Shown: one piece after another, positions 49,250 through 61,580 of the stretch
How positions within the stretch are numbered: the first letter of the stretch is position 1
Layout: the number at the start of each line of letters is the position of its first letter
Assembly (NCBI GenBank): GCA_013265495.1
Contig: MU058531.1
Location: 1,170,678 to 1,233,344, forward strand
Origin: Vicugna vicugna
Taxonomy: Eukaryota
Direction of reading: 5' to 3'
Length of the DNA stretch: 62,667 nt
Notes under the pieces: generated by a model
Database searches by the model: none
Told to the model about the DNA's origin: nothing
What the model saw: only the letters and a program-made list of their open reading frames with translations
Made by a program: the position numbers and the translations under genes

Positions 49250-49560
49250 CCATTCAACAGATGCCCATTGATCGCCCGCTAGTTCTGAGCTAGCTGTTGA
49301 AGAACAGAGCAGTCAAAGCCCTTGCCCTTCAGGAGCTAAAAGCTTGGAAGGGAGAGTTAAGGCAATGCATGTATCATGCAATTAAGGGGCAAATGTAGGT
49401 AGACCTACAGGAAATAAGAAGAGGGGAGAACACTAAGAGCTGAGGTTAAGGAAGTGATTAGGACCTCAAGGAGGATTCAATTTGGATAAATATGGAGAGG
49501 GCTGAGCATCTTAACCACAGTCAGAACGTCAAGGAAAGAAGAAGAGATAATACAGAAGAC
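49250..49560 (-). mobile_element. L2 3' fragment
   Basis: cattcaacagatgcccattga...cccttgcccttcaggagct. Confidence 0.5.
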
Positions 49561-51174
49561 AAGGTTGGTAAAAGAGATGAAAGGAGCTCACCAACCAACA
49601 CTGAATCTTCATGAGAAAGGGGGAAGGGTCCCAAGCCAGCAAGACAACAGTTAACAGTGATAAAGGTGAAGTCCTGTGTGCATGCTCTACGTGTCAGTCA
49701 CACAGATTCAGGAGCAGATGACACTAAACTGGCAATCATTCTTGTGAAAAGTCCAGGATGAGGGAAATTAGGGACCAACTGATTGATTGTAAGTTCAATA
49801 TGAGTAAGAACTTTTCAGCCTGGGCTGAAATTCCTAACCCAGCCTAGTAGACAATCACAACGTCAGGGAGATCATTGTTCAATGTGAGGTATTTTGTTGT
49901 CCTTGAAGTGACTTTTGAAAAGACTATTATTGATTTTAAATTTGGATATCCAATGCTTTAAGATAGCTATTTAAAAAATCTGATTCTTAAGCTTTTAAGT
50001 TAAACTTACAAAATCTATCATTCAATTCTAATAAATTTAACCATCATTTTAAAAGGGGCTTTGAATAATTCTTGGCCCTAACTAGAAACTTTAAGACTTT
50101 AAATATTTAAACGATGTTTATAAATGTAAGGTAGTCTGTTATATTTTAAAATACATATATTTAAAAAACAATAAATTGTACTTGTAAATATGATGACCCA
50201 AATTCTCTTAAATGTTCCAATACTGTATATACAATCAGTAAGATTTTCACTTAAAATCGTCAAGTGAAATTACGCATTTTAGGTTGGAGTAATAAGGTTG
50301 CCCCTCAAAAACTTTTTCTAATTACTTCAGGTATACAAAATACTAAAATATATGTGAATTCCTTGATATAAAAATCTTAATATCCTTGGTTTGATTTTCT
50401 TAAATTATGTTACACAATTCTGAATCTTTCCAATTTTGGAATGAGTTTAACCCTTAAGTTGACTATTTTATTATACAGTTTTGGGGATTACCTTCTCATA
50501 TACTGGGGGGGATGGCCTTCTCTGCATAGAATTACAAAATGATCAGAGATTTCATTTGAGGGGCTGTCTATATTTTCTTCTTTGGAAAGCTTGATGGAGT
50601 GCTTAGAACTCAATTCGTTTTTATGGAAATGATTCCATAACTTCAAAGTGTTTATGAGATAGAAAAAGGGGGAGAAGAGAGGAAAAGTAACCCATTTCCC
50701 CAGACCCAATTGCTACATATTACCTCATTTTCTTTCTTCTCATAGATGTCTGCTGTTCCTACCCAAATTGACCATTTGGCTCAATTTTGCTTTTTTGGAT
50801 TCTTAAGAGAAGTGTGTTTTCTTGTAACTCTAAAGCCCTTGTTCTTTTTTTTTTTTTAACATTTTTTATTGATTTATAATCATTTTACAATGTTGTGTCA
50901 AATTCCAGTGTTCAGCACAATTTTTCAGTCATTCATGGACATATACACACTCATTGTCACATTTTTTTTTTTGTGATTTATCATAACATTTTGTGTATAT
51001 TTCCCTGTGCTATACAGTGTAATCTTGTTTATCTATTCTACAATTTTGAAATCCCAGTCTATCCCTTCCCACCCTCTACCCCCCTGGTAACCACAAGTCT
51101 GTATTCTCTGTCCATGAGTCTATTTCTGTCCTGTATTTATGCTTTGTTTTTGTTTGTTTGTTTTTGTTTGTTTT

Positions 51175-52551
51175 TTAGATTCCACATATGAGCAATCTCA
51201 TATGGTATTTTTCTTTCTCTTTCTGGCTTACTTCACTTAGAATGACATTCTCTAGGAGCATCCATGTTGCTGCAAATGGCATTATGTTGTCGGTTTTTAT
51301 GGCTGAGTAGTATTCCATTGTATAAATATACCACATCTTCTTTATCCAGTCACCTGTTGATGGACATTTAGGCTGTTTCCATGTTTTGGCTATTGTAAAT
51401 AGTGCTGCTATGAACATTGGGGTGCAGGTGTCATCCTGAAGTAGATTTCCTTCTGGATACAAGCCCAGGAGTGGGATTCCTGGGTCATATGGTAAGTCTA
51501 TTCCTAGTCTTTTGAGGAATCTCCACACTGTTTTCCATAGTGGCTGCACCAAACTGCATTCCCACCAGCAGTGTAGGAGGGTTCCCCTTTCTCCACAGCC
51601 TCTCCAGCATTTGTCATTTTTGGATTTTTGAATGACGGCCATTCTGACTGGTGTGAGGTGATACCTCATTGTAGTTTTGATTTGCATTTCTCTGATAATT
51701 AGTGATATTGAACATTTTTTCATGTGCTTTTTGATCATTTGTATGTCTTCCTTGGAGAATTGCTTGTTTAGGTCTTCTGCCCATTTTTGGATTGGGTTGT
51801 TTATTTTTTTCTTATTGAGTCGTATGAGCTGCTTATATATTTTGGAGATCAAGCCTTTGTCGGTTTCACTTGCAAAAATTTTCTCCCATTCCGTAGGTTT
51901 TCTTCTTGTTTTACTTCTGGTTTCCTTTGCTGTGCAGAAGCTTGTAAGTTTCATTAGGTCCCATTTGTTTATTCTTGCTTTTATTTCTTCTAGGAGAAAA
52001 TTTTTGAAATGTATGTCAGATAATGTTTTGCCTATGTTTTCCTCTAGGAGGTTTATTGTATCTTGTCTTATGTTTAAGTCTTTAATCCATTTTGAGTTGA
52101 TTTTTGTATATGGTGTAAGGGTGTGTTCTAGCTTCATTGTTTTACATGCTGCTGTCCAGTTTTCCCAACACCATTTGCTGAAGAGACTGTCTTTATTCCA
52201 TTGTATATTCTTGCCTCCTTTGTCGAAGATGAGTTGACCAAAAGTTTGTGGGTTCATTTCTGGGCTCTCTATTCTGTTCCATTGGTCTATATGTCTGTTT
52301 TGGTACCAATACCATGCTGTCTTGATGACTGTAGCTCTATAGTATTGTCTGAAGTCTGGGAGAGTTATTCCTCCAGCCTCTTTCTTTCTCTTCAGTAATG
52401 CTTTGGCAATTCTAGGTCTTTTATGGTTCCATATAAATTTTATTATGACTTGTTCTAGTTCTGTGAAATATGTCCTGGGTAATTGGATAGGGATTGCATT
52501 AAATCTGTAGATTGCCTTGGGCAGTGTGACCATTTTAACAATATTGATTCT
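51175..52551 (-). pseudogene. L1 ORF2p C-terminal half (post-RT region and Cys-rich domain), uninterrupted reading frame
   Basis: [22 protein letters not shown]...[14 protein letters not shown]...[18 protein letters not shown]...to the stop, with no internal stop in the ORF track. Confidence 0.95.
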
Positions 52552-53013
52552 AAAATCTGGGACAAGACAAGGATGCCCACTATCACCCCTCCTATTCAAC
52601 ATAGTCCTGGAAGTCCTAGCCACAGCGTTAGGCAAGAGAAAGAAATAAAAGGGATCCAAATTGGAAAAGAAGAGGTAAAAGTGTCATTATATGCTGATGA
52701 CATGTTACTATATATAGAAAACCCTAAAAGGTCCACACAAAAGCTACTAGAGCTGATTGAAGAATTCAGCAAGGTAGCAGGTTACAAAATTAACGTTCAA
52801 AAATCAGTTGCATTTCTTTCCACTAACGATAAATCAACAGAAAAAGAAAGCAAAGAAACAATCCCCTTTAAAATATCACCCAAAGTAATAAAATATCTGG
52901 GAATAAATCTAACCAAGGAGGTGAAAGAATTATACACAGAAAACTATAAACCGTTGATGAAGGAAATTAAAGAAGACTTTAAAAAATGGAAAGATATTCC
53001 ATGCTCCTGGATT
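52550..53013 (+). pseudogene. L1 ORF2p reverse-transcriptase core fragment (inverted segment)
   Basis: [23 protein letters not shown] (one frameshift near 52629), then [28 protein letters not shown]...KYLGINL...WKDIPCSWI. Confidence 0.95.
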
Positions 53014-53439
53014 TAAAGCCCTTGTTCTTAATGGTATATTCCTTTTTTTTCCCATGTATTTGTGCTTTCCCTTGGATCACACACCCTTGCAATTAATTAA
53101 TAGTAATATATACAAGTAGATTCTGAATATCCCTCTAGATTTTGCCTCACTTTTCATCCAGCCTGTAAGGCCACACTGATAGCCCAAGTCCACTATATTT
53201 GGTGCTGGGTAGACCATGTCAGATGTCTTCTGTCCAGTGCTGCTCCAGGTGATTTAAAAGATCATGACGCAGTGCACGCCTTCCAAGGACAGCCATCTGG
53301 ACTGCAGTGGGGACTAGAGACCAACATTCATGCTGAAGGGTGACACAGAGAGTTTAGGAAGACATAATGACTCTCTGCCAAGGTGTGACTGACCACCTCG
53401 TGGAATAAGGAACAGACTTCTTTTATTTGACTCCTGACA

Positions 53440-53670
53440 CCACTGGGTAGATGTAACAGGGTAGCAGACTCAGTTCAGCATCAGGAAGAACTTCCTAACA
53501 ATCCAGTTTCTCACAGGCAAAGAGATTACCTTGGTAGTCACTGAAAGTATCCAAGAGAGCCTGGGTACTCGTCTGTCAAGGATGTACTAGAGGCGATGCT
53601 AACAACAGTCATGTGGTTGACTTAAATGATTTATAAGCTCTCTTCCACCTTTAAGAATCTTTGATTATAG
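53440..53670 (+). mobile_element. L3/CR1 LINE 3' end
   Basis: ttcagcatcaggaagaacttcctaaca...gtcactgaaagtatccaag...gttgacttaaatgatttataagctctcttccacctttaagaatctttgatt. Confidence 0.6.
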
Positions 53671-54044
53671 AAAACAGAGTTCACAAAGCGAGATGGCTCA
53701 TAAGAGGCATCTAAATGTCAAAAATGTAATGGTGTCATTATATTGCCCCACTCTCTGCAGCATGAGCATGTCAAGCCTCCTGATGCCGAAAGCTGGCCTT
53801 TTTCCTGAGACAGAAAGCCTTCTGAGTTTCACAGAGCAATTAGAAATGAGATGGATCAGGGAAGCGGTGGAGGGAGGAGGGCAGAGAGGGGTTGCAGCAA
53901 CAGCTGGAAGAAATTAGAGCCACAATAGAAATCAAAAGGAATAGATACCCTGAAAGGAGAGGGAAAAACAGTACCACTGTGCAGTTTGGGAGGGGAAAAT
54001 GGTGGGAAAAGCTTTATCACAAAACCCTTGAAGACAGAGGTTTG

Positions 54045-54108
54045 TATATATATATATATATATATATATGTTTGTGTGTTTGAGTGTGTACGTGTGTGTG
54101 TGTGTGTG
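54045..54108. repeat. (TA)n-(TG)n compound microsatellite
   Basis: Directly visible. Confidence 0.9.
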
Positions 54109-54399
54109 AAGTAGGCAATGAGCTTGGACCTAAGGATAAGTTAACTAAGCACAGTTTATTGGGTATGGGACAGAATTAGTCATTTGGACACACTATTCGT
54201 AGTCATTACATTATAATTTCATAATAATGTGAGCTAAGATTTATTGAGTGCCTGCTTCGGGACAGGGATTATACCAGGCATTTTCCGTGTTCTTTCCTGT
54301 TCACACCAGCAGCAAATACAGTGGCAGAGAAGGCAGGAAGGCCTAAAGAACATTGTAGAGAGAGGTCCATAGACCACTCTTCAGAGCCACAGTCAAACT

Positions 54400-54995
54400 T
54401 TCAGGTTCTCTGGACAGACACCTGGCTTTGAAAGCCCGCTCCAGCATTTTACTGGGTATGGAAAATTTAACTTCTTAAAACCTGTTTTCCTGGATGTAAA
54501 ATATGGAAACATGCTATATCTACTATTTCATAGTGTTGAAAACAGGACAAGCATTAAAAACAGGACAAGCTCAAAATGGAGTCACTTATGCTAAGATTTA
54601 ACTTAATTACAGTTTTGGCTCTTTCAGCAATGGAATCTTAAACCAGTCTTCATCAGGAATTGCCTGATCAGGTAGTTAATCTTTCTGATACACCCCTGCC
54701 AGCCCCTAAAGAGAGTAATCTTGCAATAACCAACCCACTTTTTTGCCTCGGAGAACTTCCTCATTCTCTCTGCCTTCTGCCTGTAGAAGTTTTTCACTTT
54801 GCACAGCTCCTCAGAGCTCCTTTCTGGCTGCTGGAGGGGATGCTGCATGATTTGAATCCATTTTTGTTCAAATTAACTTAAACATTTTAAATATGCCTGT
54901 TTATCTTTAACAATAGGAAGTGGTTTGAAACTTAAATGAGGAATGCATGTGAAATTATTTTGATAGCACTTGTACACAGTAAGTGCTCAAGAAAT
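54400..54995 (+). mobile_element. MIR SINE split by an ERV1 LTR
   Basis: cagacacctggctttgaaagcccgctccagcattt...before 54533; ttaaatgaggaatgcatgtgaaa...cacagtaagtgctcaagaaa after 54913. Confidence 0.7.
54534..54912 (+). mobile_element. ERV1-class solo LTR
   Basis: TGTT..AACA termini; 4-bp TSD atag (54530-54533 / 54913-54916); aaaatggagtcacttatgctaa is an ERV1 U3-like motif. Confidence 0.85.
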
Positions 54996-55014
54996 GGAAA
55001 TGATTCTGCTTTCA

Positions 55015-55254
55015 CAGGGATGGGCAAACTTTCTCTGTAAAGGGCAGAGAGCAAATGTTTTAGGCTTTGTGGGCCATCCGGTCTCTGTCACAGCCACGCC
55101 ACTGCCCGATTACTTTATTTTGGGATGCTGGAATGTGACTGTCAAAAAACTTTCACATATCATATAAATTCTTCTTTTTTTACATTTTCAACTTTTTAAA
55201 AATGCAAAAGCCATTCTAGGCTCATAGTCCATGGGCCACTGTGGGCAGACCCCC
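55015..55254. mobile_element. MER58 (A/B) hAT-Charlie DNA transposon
   Basis: cagggatgggcaaactttctctgtaaagggc...aaatgttttaggctttgtgggcc...gcagacccc. Confidence 0.82.
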
Positions 55255-56718
55255 TTCCAGCATTTGGAACACCTTTGCCTCTGTTCCATGGTGGTCATGA
55301 GCGAGGATGCTCCAGCCTCAGACCATACTCTTCCCCCTTGAATATCTCATTATTTCTTATCCTCAGTGGCAAAATGAAAAAAAAAAAACTTTTCTATGTG
55401 TCCCCACTGTGCTAAATGTTGCAAGAGAAACAGACTGCCCCTGAGGGCTTCCAACTCTGACAGAGAGACAGAGTCACCTCCTGGAAAGCCGATGGCTGCT
55501 CCCTACTCTCCCAATGTATCCATCAAAACCCCTCTGCCTCTTCCTCACTGGGGCACCTTCACACTCCATTTCTTTCTTTCTAGTGCCACAGACTCAAGGC
55601 GACTAACCTGACCTTTCAAGCAACTTGGGCTCCATTAAAGTTTTTTAAAAATATACACAGATCAATGTAGGGAAACATACAGCCTAACAAAGTCCCTTTT
55701 ATGGGCTTTCACTGCCACCTTTTTATTGGAACCCTGTTAATGGAAGACCCCTGAAATTAATGATCATTTATATCCTAATGCAAATTGAAAGGGGTTGGCA
55801 GCAGACATGATACAATGCCTGGGGGTGTGCACACAACTTCCCTGGAGAGTGACTTAGCAATATCTACCAAGATGGTTGATGTTGCCAATCCTTTTGACTA
55901 GGTAACTGACCTTCTAGGAAGGTACCATAAGGAAGTAATCTTACGCACAGATTTATGAACAAGACATTCATCACAGCCTGTATCCCTCAGACTAAATTCT
56001 TGAATAATATTAATTAATTGCTGTAGTTGGATGTATGGTTTTTCCCCCATGTGTCAGATGCCTGCCTCTGGTCCAGTCAGCTACAACTAAAAGGGTTGAG
56101 AGGTGAGCAGGGTCATGTGGTAATCAGGGCTGTCCCTTCCAGGGACTGTGGATAGGGAAACAGTACATTTCATACACTCAAGACACAGGAGAACCATCAT
56201 GATATAATGGCAAGTGGGAAGAGCAGGATATAAACTGTATAGGTCTTAATTTTTTCAATAAAAAATTGTTTGAAAAGAAATGGATACTTACAAAAATGAA
56301 TTATGCACTAACTAAGATATAAGTGAACATGTAATCAAAACCTATTTGTGAAGAAACTCAGAGTTATTTCTCTACTCTTACAAATGTTCACTATGTGCCC
56401 CTCGTGCCATGCTGCCCCCATCAGCTCTACAGTCAATTCATCTGAGCAGATCACCGTCCACAGGTAAAGTGACAGTTGAGATTTGGTACTTCATTTACTT
56501 AAGGCTACAAATTAAAGTAGTACAAACATAAACTTTTTGATGTGTGCCTACAGGTAGAAGTCACATGGTATAATGAATGTTGTAATTTGTTCTTTTTTAA
56601 TCAACCTGCAGATACATAGCACACAGATGTATATGCTTTGCATATGTAGAAAAAAAAACCACTAGAAGGATGTACACCAAAATGCAAATGGTTGTTTTAT
56701 AGATTTCCTGCAATAAAC

Positions 56719-56810
56719 TTTTTTTGTGTGTGTGTAGGTACTGGGGAGTGAACCTAGGACCTGGTGTATGCTAAGCATGCCCTCTACCACTGAGCTATTA
56801 CCCTCCCCCG
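56719..56810 (-). mobile_element. tRNA-Ala-derived SINE (camelid Vic-1 type), short form
   Basis: Reverse complement gggggagggtaatagctcagtggtagagggcatgcttagcatacaccaggtcctaggttcactccccagtacc followed by a CA/A tail. Confidence 0.87.
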
Positions 56811-56874
56811 GTATGTATTTTTTAAAAATAATAAACAGTAAACATTTTTTCTGAGATTTAAAAAAAAGAACTGT

Positions 56875-57462
56875 TGAAGGCGATGAGAATCTGCAACCCC
56901 AAAATATGACTATAGGAGTTCAGGACACACCACTCTGAAATAGGCTGCTTTGGTATATTGATTAATTTTGAGTTGTAGGCACTTGAAAAACAGCAAATGC
57001 AGGGAGAAGCTTTCTCTGAACTTCTCTTATGAACAGATCCTCCAAAAAGAACTCAGGTGTCCTAAATCCTCTCCCCAGGAGTTTCATCAACCAGGGAAAA
57101 TGGATTCTTATCACAAGAGAGGAGTCTAGAAGTTGCCACCATACCCAAAGTTTGTTGCAGACTGTCACACCCACTGCCCATCTATTCCTCTAAGGACCCA
57201 GTCATCTTTCCCAAAACTCATTTACTCCCCTCTAAGAGGCCTACACTCCTCTCCCGTTTCCCTATTAAGATGATATTTAAGCCTGAATTCTAAGCCACCT
57301 CAGGGAGTTACTCAATTTTCTTTGAGTATCTCCTGTGTATAAACGAGATATTCATGTTAATACACTTCTGTTTGTCTTTCTCTTGTTAATCTGTCTTATA
57401 TGACAGAGGTCTCAGCTAAGAACCCAGAAGAGTAGAAGGAAAATTATTTTTCCTCCCCTACA
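56875..57462 (+). mobile_element. ERV1-class solo LTR (MER34/MER39-like)
   Basis: tgaagg...ccccaaaatatg...gattaattttgagttg...tttctcttgttaatctgtctt...gaaggaaaattatttttcctcccctaca; TG..CA termini. Confidence 0.82.
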
Positions 57463-57609
57463 GTATTTTTTTGCAAATAAATAAATAAAGACCACACCAG
57501 GCACCATGCCTGAAGCACACCCCCCCCCCGTCTTTTCTCTGTTCTTGTATGTGGGAGGTGGAGTCTCGCTGTTGGAGGAAGATGTAAGGTCGTATTGATC
57601 AGCCTAGAA

Positions 57610-58000
57610 ATGTGCTCTATGCCACTGTCTTCCATTCATTTCTCCAAATCTGCTCTCTTCTCTGTGCTGCTCTGTGTCCCTGTGAACTAATCCTTACGGC
57701 TCTGCGTTCCCCAGGCTCATTTGCCCTCTGGCATCAGTTGGACCTGGCCAATCCCCAAGGCAGGTGTATACCAACAGGGAAATTGAGGACAGTGGGATCT
57801 GCCAAAAGCCATAGCTCCCCAGCTCCTGTCAGGCATGTCACCTTTTGTCCCAGAAATAGGTGTCCTCCTTGTCCCCTTAGGCCCAGGAGTGGTGAAGGCT
57901 CCCCACGATTACTGCTCCAGAGTCCTGCCCCATTCCTTGTCACATTCGCTAAGAAGTTGAAATCAACCTTTTATTAAACTAGTTTTCATGACCCCACATA
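57610..58000 (+). mobile_element. LTR33/LTR16-like ERVL LTR remnant
   Basis: ctgctctgtgtccctg...ttgccctctggcatcagttggacctggccaat...gtccccttaggcccaggagtggt...ctttattaaact. Confidence 0.6.
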
Positions 58001-59266
58001 AGTTTCCCTAAAATCACCCTGGCATACCTCTAATTATACTCAGAATGAATATAAATTTTACCTCAGTCCCTTTCCTTGAACCAAGTTTGTACACCTCAAC
58101 TCTCTCGGGAAAAAGTCCTTTCCGTCCTAAAAGAGACATTCATGTAGACTCCCAGGAGGCTCAGCCATTCCCAAACATGCCCAGAAAGATAAAGATCCTA
58201 CCTTCTTGGACAAGGTTCTTAGTTCTCTAATTTGTGTCACCACGAATGGGCCGAACAAGCCACCAACAGAGTTAGTGAACTGAGTCTACTGACCGAGGGA
58301 GAAGCTACCAGCTCCACAGGCGGGGCGATGCGCTTACACAGGCACTGCACAGAGGTGGCAGGACGGAGTGAAAGACTGTATTCAGCTTTACCTCTGCACA
58401 CACCCTGGAAACCACCTCTCTCTCTGACTCTGCAGTGTTCCTTCTCCTCTCCATCACCCCACTTCTTTCCTCATGCCCTTTCTTCTCTTCGTGTTAGGAG
58501 GATGCTGTTTACAGTCCACAGCAAACCCAGGGCAGCCTGGCCTAAGACGTGTGACCACCACATTGACAAATAAACCAAGTGTTCAGCTAAAACTTTGCTG
58601 GGAACTTTAATCAGGTTTTGACATGCTTGCTGTTCCACAGCCTGAAGATCTGCCATGACTTGGACCTTTGCAACGCATTCCAGTTAGGAAAGTACCTGTG
58701 TGCAAACACGTTTTGTTTATTTTCTCCTTTGTGTTCAACACTAGGACCATTAGTCTCCATCTCCTCTGAACCATCCTGGCTGAACTTCAGGGTCACCTTG
58801 GAGACATCTTAGGTTCTTTTCCTCTAACGCTAAATGCTCATCAACTCTATGAACCTAAGATACTTTAGAACATAATGTGGTGATTGCCATCTTGGTGGAG
58901 AACATGGTATAAGCACTGTGGAGTATGTTGAGTACTAACATGGAGCTTTCTAGCTTATCATAATTTTTTAAAAAGAAAGAAATGTGTAGTGAGAAAGTTA
59001 AATGACAAAATTTAGAAACAGTTTGGGAAGGTCCTTGGGGCAGGAGCAATGCCTTTGTTCTTAGGGTTCTCACTACACAATATCTGGCATGCAGTGGTAG
59101 TCAGGTAAATTTTAGTCAATTAAAAGCCCAAGGAAACATCCTAAGGTGCCCCATAACCAGCCCCCTGGGTCCTGCCATCTTCCTGGCTCTTTCTCACCAC
59201 CTTCAGCCCCATCCCCATCTTCAGGAATCACTGCCTCTCACCTGCTTTGGCTTCTCCCTTCCCACC

Positions 59267-59630
59267 TGTCTAATCCATTTGTGATGCTATAACAGATACT
59301 TTAGGCTGGGAGGCTTAAAGAAACATTTATTTTTGGTGGTTCTGGAGGCTAAGAAGTCCAAGATCAAGGCACCAGCAGATTTCAGTGTCTGGTGGGAGAC
59401 TGCCTTCTGGTTCATAGATGACCATCTTTTCTCTGTGTCAAGTGTTTGACTGGAGCTCTGCCATGGGAGCTCTCTGGGCATCTCTTTTCTAAGGGCACTA
59501 CTCCCATTCACGAAGACTCCACCCTCATGACCTAATCACCTCCCGAAAGCCCCACCTCCAAATACGGGAGCACTGGGGATTAGGTTTTCACTTGTGAATT
59601 TCAGGGAGATACAACAGTCAATCTGTAGCA
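59267..59630 (-). mobile_element. MLT1A-type MaLR solo LTR
   Basis: TG..CA termini; 5-bp TSD ccacc (59262-59266 / 59631-59635); ttctggaggctaagaagtccaagatcaaggcaccagcagatt. Confidence 0.92.
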
Positions 59631-60512
59631 CCACCCGCACTGCTTGGCATGATCCTTTCAATTTAAATGTTCAGGCTTTCACAAAAGCAAAGGAAAAGGG
59701 TATCATTTCAAGCAGCTGCTGAAGTACACTCCTGCAAACACCCTAGGGGCCAGGAACACCAAGGAAAACGGCAGGAACAGACACTAGTTAAGAGCTCCTT
59801 GACTCACCTGCCACACTTGTCAGGAGAAAGCTCCCTCTACCCTGCTGGACTGAGATCTCACTGGTGGCAGGACTGGGGAGCAGGGCTGAGCGCAGACTTT
59901 CAACACTCTCAACAGTAGGGCAGTGAGATACAGTTCTCGGGTAGGACAGGTGAGACGCACCCAAGACGGCAGAGCCTTGATCATTTGAACTGTTCATTTA
60001 GCTTTGAATAACACTTTGCCTCGTGGCGATTCTGTTATTATTGTCTTGTATCTCTGCTTAGTTCTTGAATTCTCAGTTCCCTTATTACAGTTATATATCT
60101 TGCCTTGCCAACTGCATACGAGTTCTTGTAAGAGCAGGAACCTGGATTATACCTCTTTACAAGACACATAAAACTCTACAGGTGCTTGATAAATACCAAT
60201 CAAATTAAATCGTGACTTTTTAAACTATAGACAAACTATCTCTCTTTCCAAAGTAAGATCCTAATTATTTTGGTCTTCACTTATATGTGGTTCCTCCAAC
60301 CTTGGATAATGATAATAATAGTTACTAATCTCCATATAATCTTCCTTATATGCAAAGAAATGTGCTTCAGCTACAGAGTATCATTTTTAGAGAAACATAT
60401 TTAATTTTTTTAATGAAATACTTTGTATTTAATTTCCAATATTAGGCTGATGAGAGAGAATACTTTCTTGGTCATCAACGATGAGACAATGTATTCAGGG
60501 ATCGGCCTGAGA

Positions 60513-61580
60513 ATGTGGCTCTCAAAGTGGGGTGCCCAAGTCCTGGTGTCTCTGAGACCCTCTCAGAGGGTCAGCAACACAAAATACTTGCATAATAATA
60601 CTGAGGAATTACTTGCATTTGTTACTGTGTTGGGTTAGTAGTGATGGTACAAAAGCAATGGCAGGTAAAACTGCTGTCACCTTAGCTCTGGTGGTCGTTC
60701 TCATCACCGTGCACACACAGTTAAAAACTAAGAAGCCAATTTCACTTAAGAATGTTCTTGATAATGCAGTAAAAATTATTAATTTTATTAAGTGTTAACC
60801 CTTGAGAATATGCCTTTTTACTAACTTGGGGACAAAATGAGAACCACGTAAATAACTTCTGCTCCATTGTAAATATGAACGTTGTCTTAAGGAAAAGCAC
60901 TCACGCGATCAAACTGTGAGCTACACGTGTTGCTTTTTTCTTGGAACACCAGTTTTCCTGGAAGGATGCCTGGCAGATATGGCTATAGTATTTGGCAGAT
61001 ATGGCTTTAGTATTTGGCAGATATTTTCTCCAAAATGAGTGAAGTGAACCTGTCACTTCAAAGAAATAAAACTGACAGTATGTGTTGCCAATGATAAAAT
61101 TTGCATTTTCTTGCCAAAATTAGCATTTTGGAAAACTTGTATCCCTCACTGAGAACCGGACAGCTTCTTGATGCCTCAAGACTTTTCTGCTGAGAGCTGT
61201 GGTGATACTAACAAACGTGGTTTCTTTATATTGTAGAGTGAAAAATCAACATTTGGGAGATCTACAGAACTTAGTCAATTAATAATTTCCAAACAAATAA
61301 TTCACTATGTTACACAAGTTATGCATGGGTTTAAATGAAAAAAAAAAGTACAAGGTAAACTACTGGATTTTTTAATATAACAGAACATGAAAAGATAATG
61401 TGGTTTCAGATTCCACAATGCAACTAACCTCTAACAAACTACCATTTGGCGAGTTTTAGTGTAATATCAAAGAATATCCAGTTACCTAAAAAAGGCTATG
61501 AAAATATACTCCAATTCTAAATATTTATCTGTCAGAGACCAGATTTTCTTCACCTACTTCAATCAAAACAGCATCACAAT
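60513..61580. mobile_element. Charlie1-type hAT DNA transposon, truncated here by the L1 insertion
   Basis: gtggctctcaaagtgggg...gagaccctctcagagggtc...gatggtacaaaagcaatggcaggtaaaactgctg...gtggtttcagattccacaatgcaactaacct. Confidence 0.82.

Larger units (their letters stand above)
50847..53013 (-). mobile_element. Young 5'-truncated L1 with 5' inversion (twin priming); minus 50847-52551, plus 52550-53013
   Basis: Perfect 16-bp TSD taaagcccttgttctt at 50831-50846 and 53014-53029; polyT tail; ORF2 peptides on opposite strands meeting at about 52550. Confidence 0.97.

Noticed and set aside
51175..52659. 494-aa ORF as a novel or cellular gene
   Set aside because: It is L1 ORF2p. Its first ~37 residues are the antisense reading of the inverted L1 segment, fused in frame by chance at the twin-priming junction, and the start is not supported.
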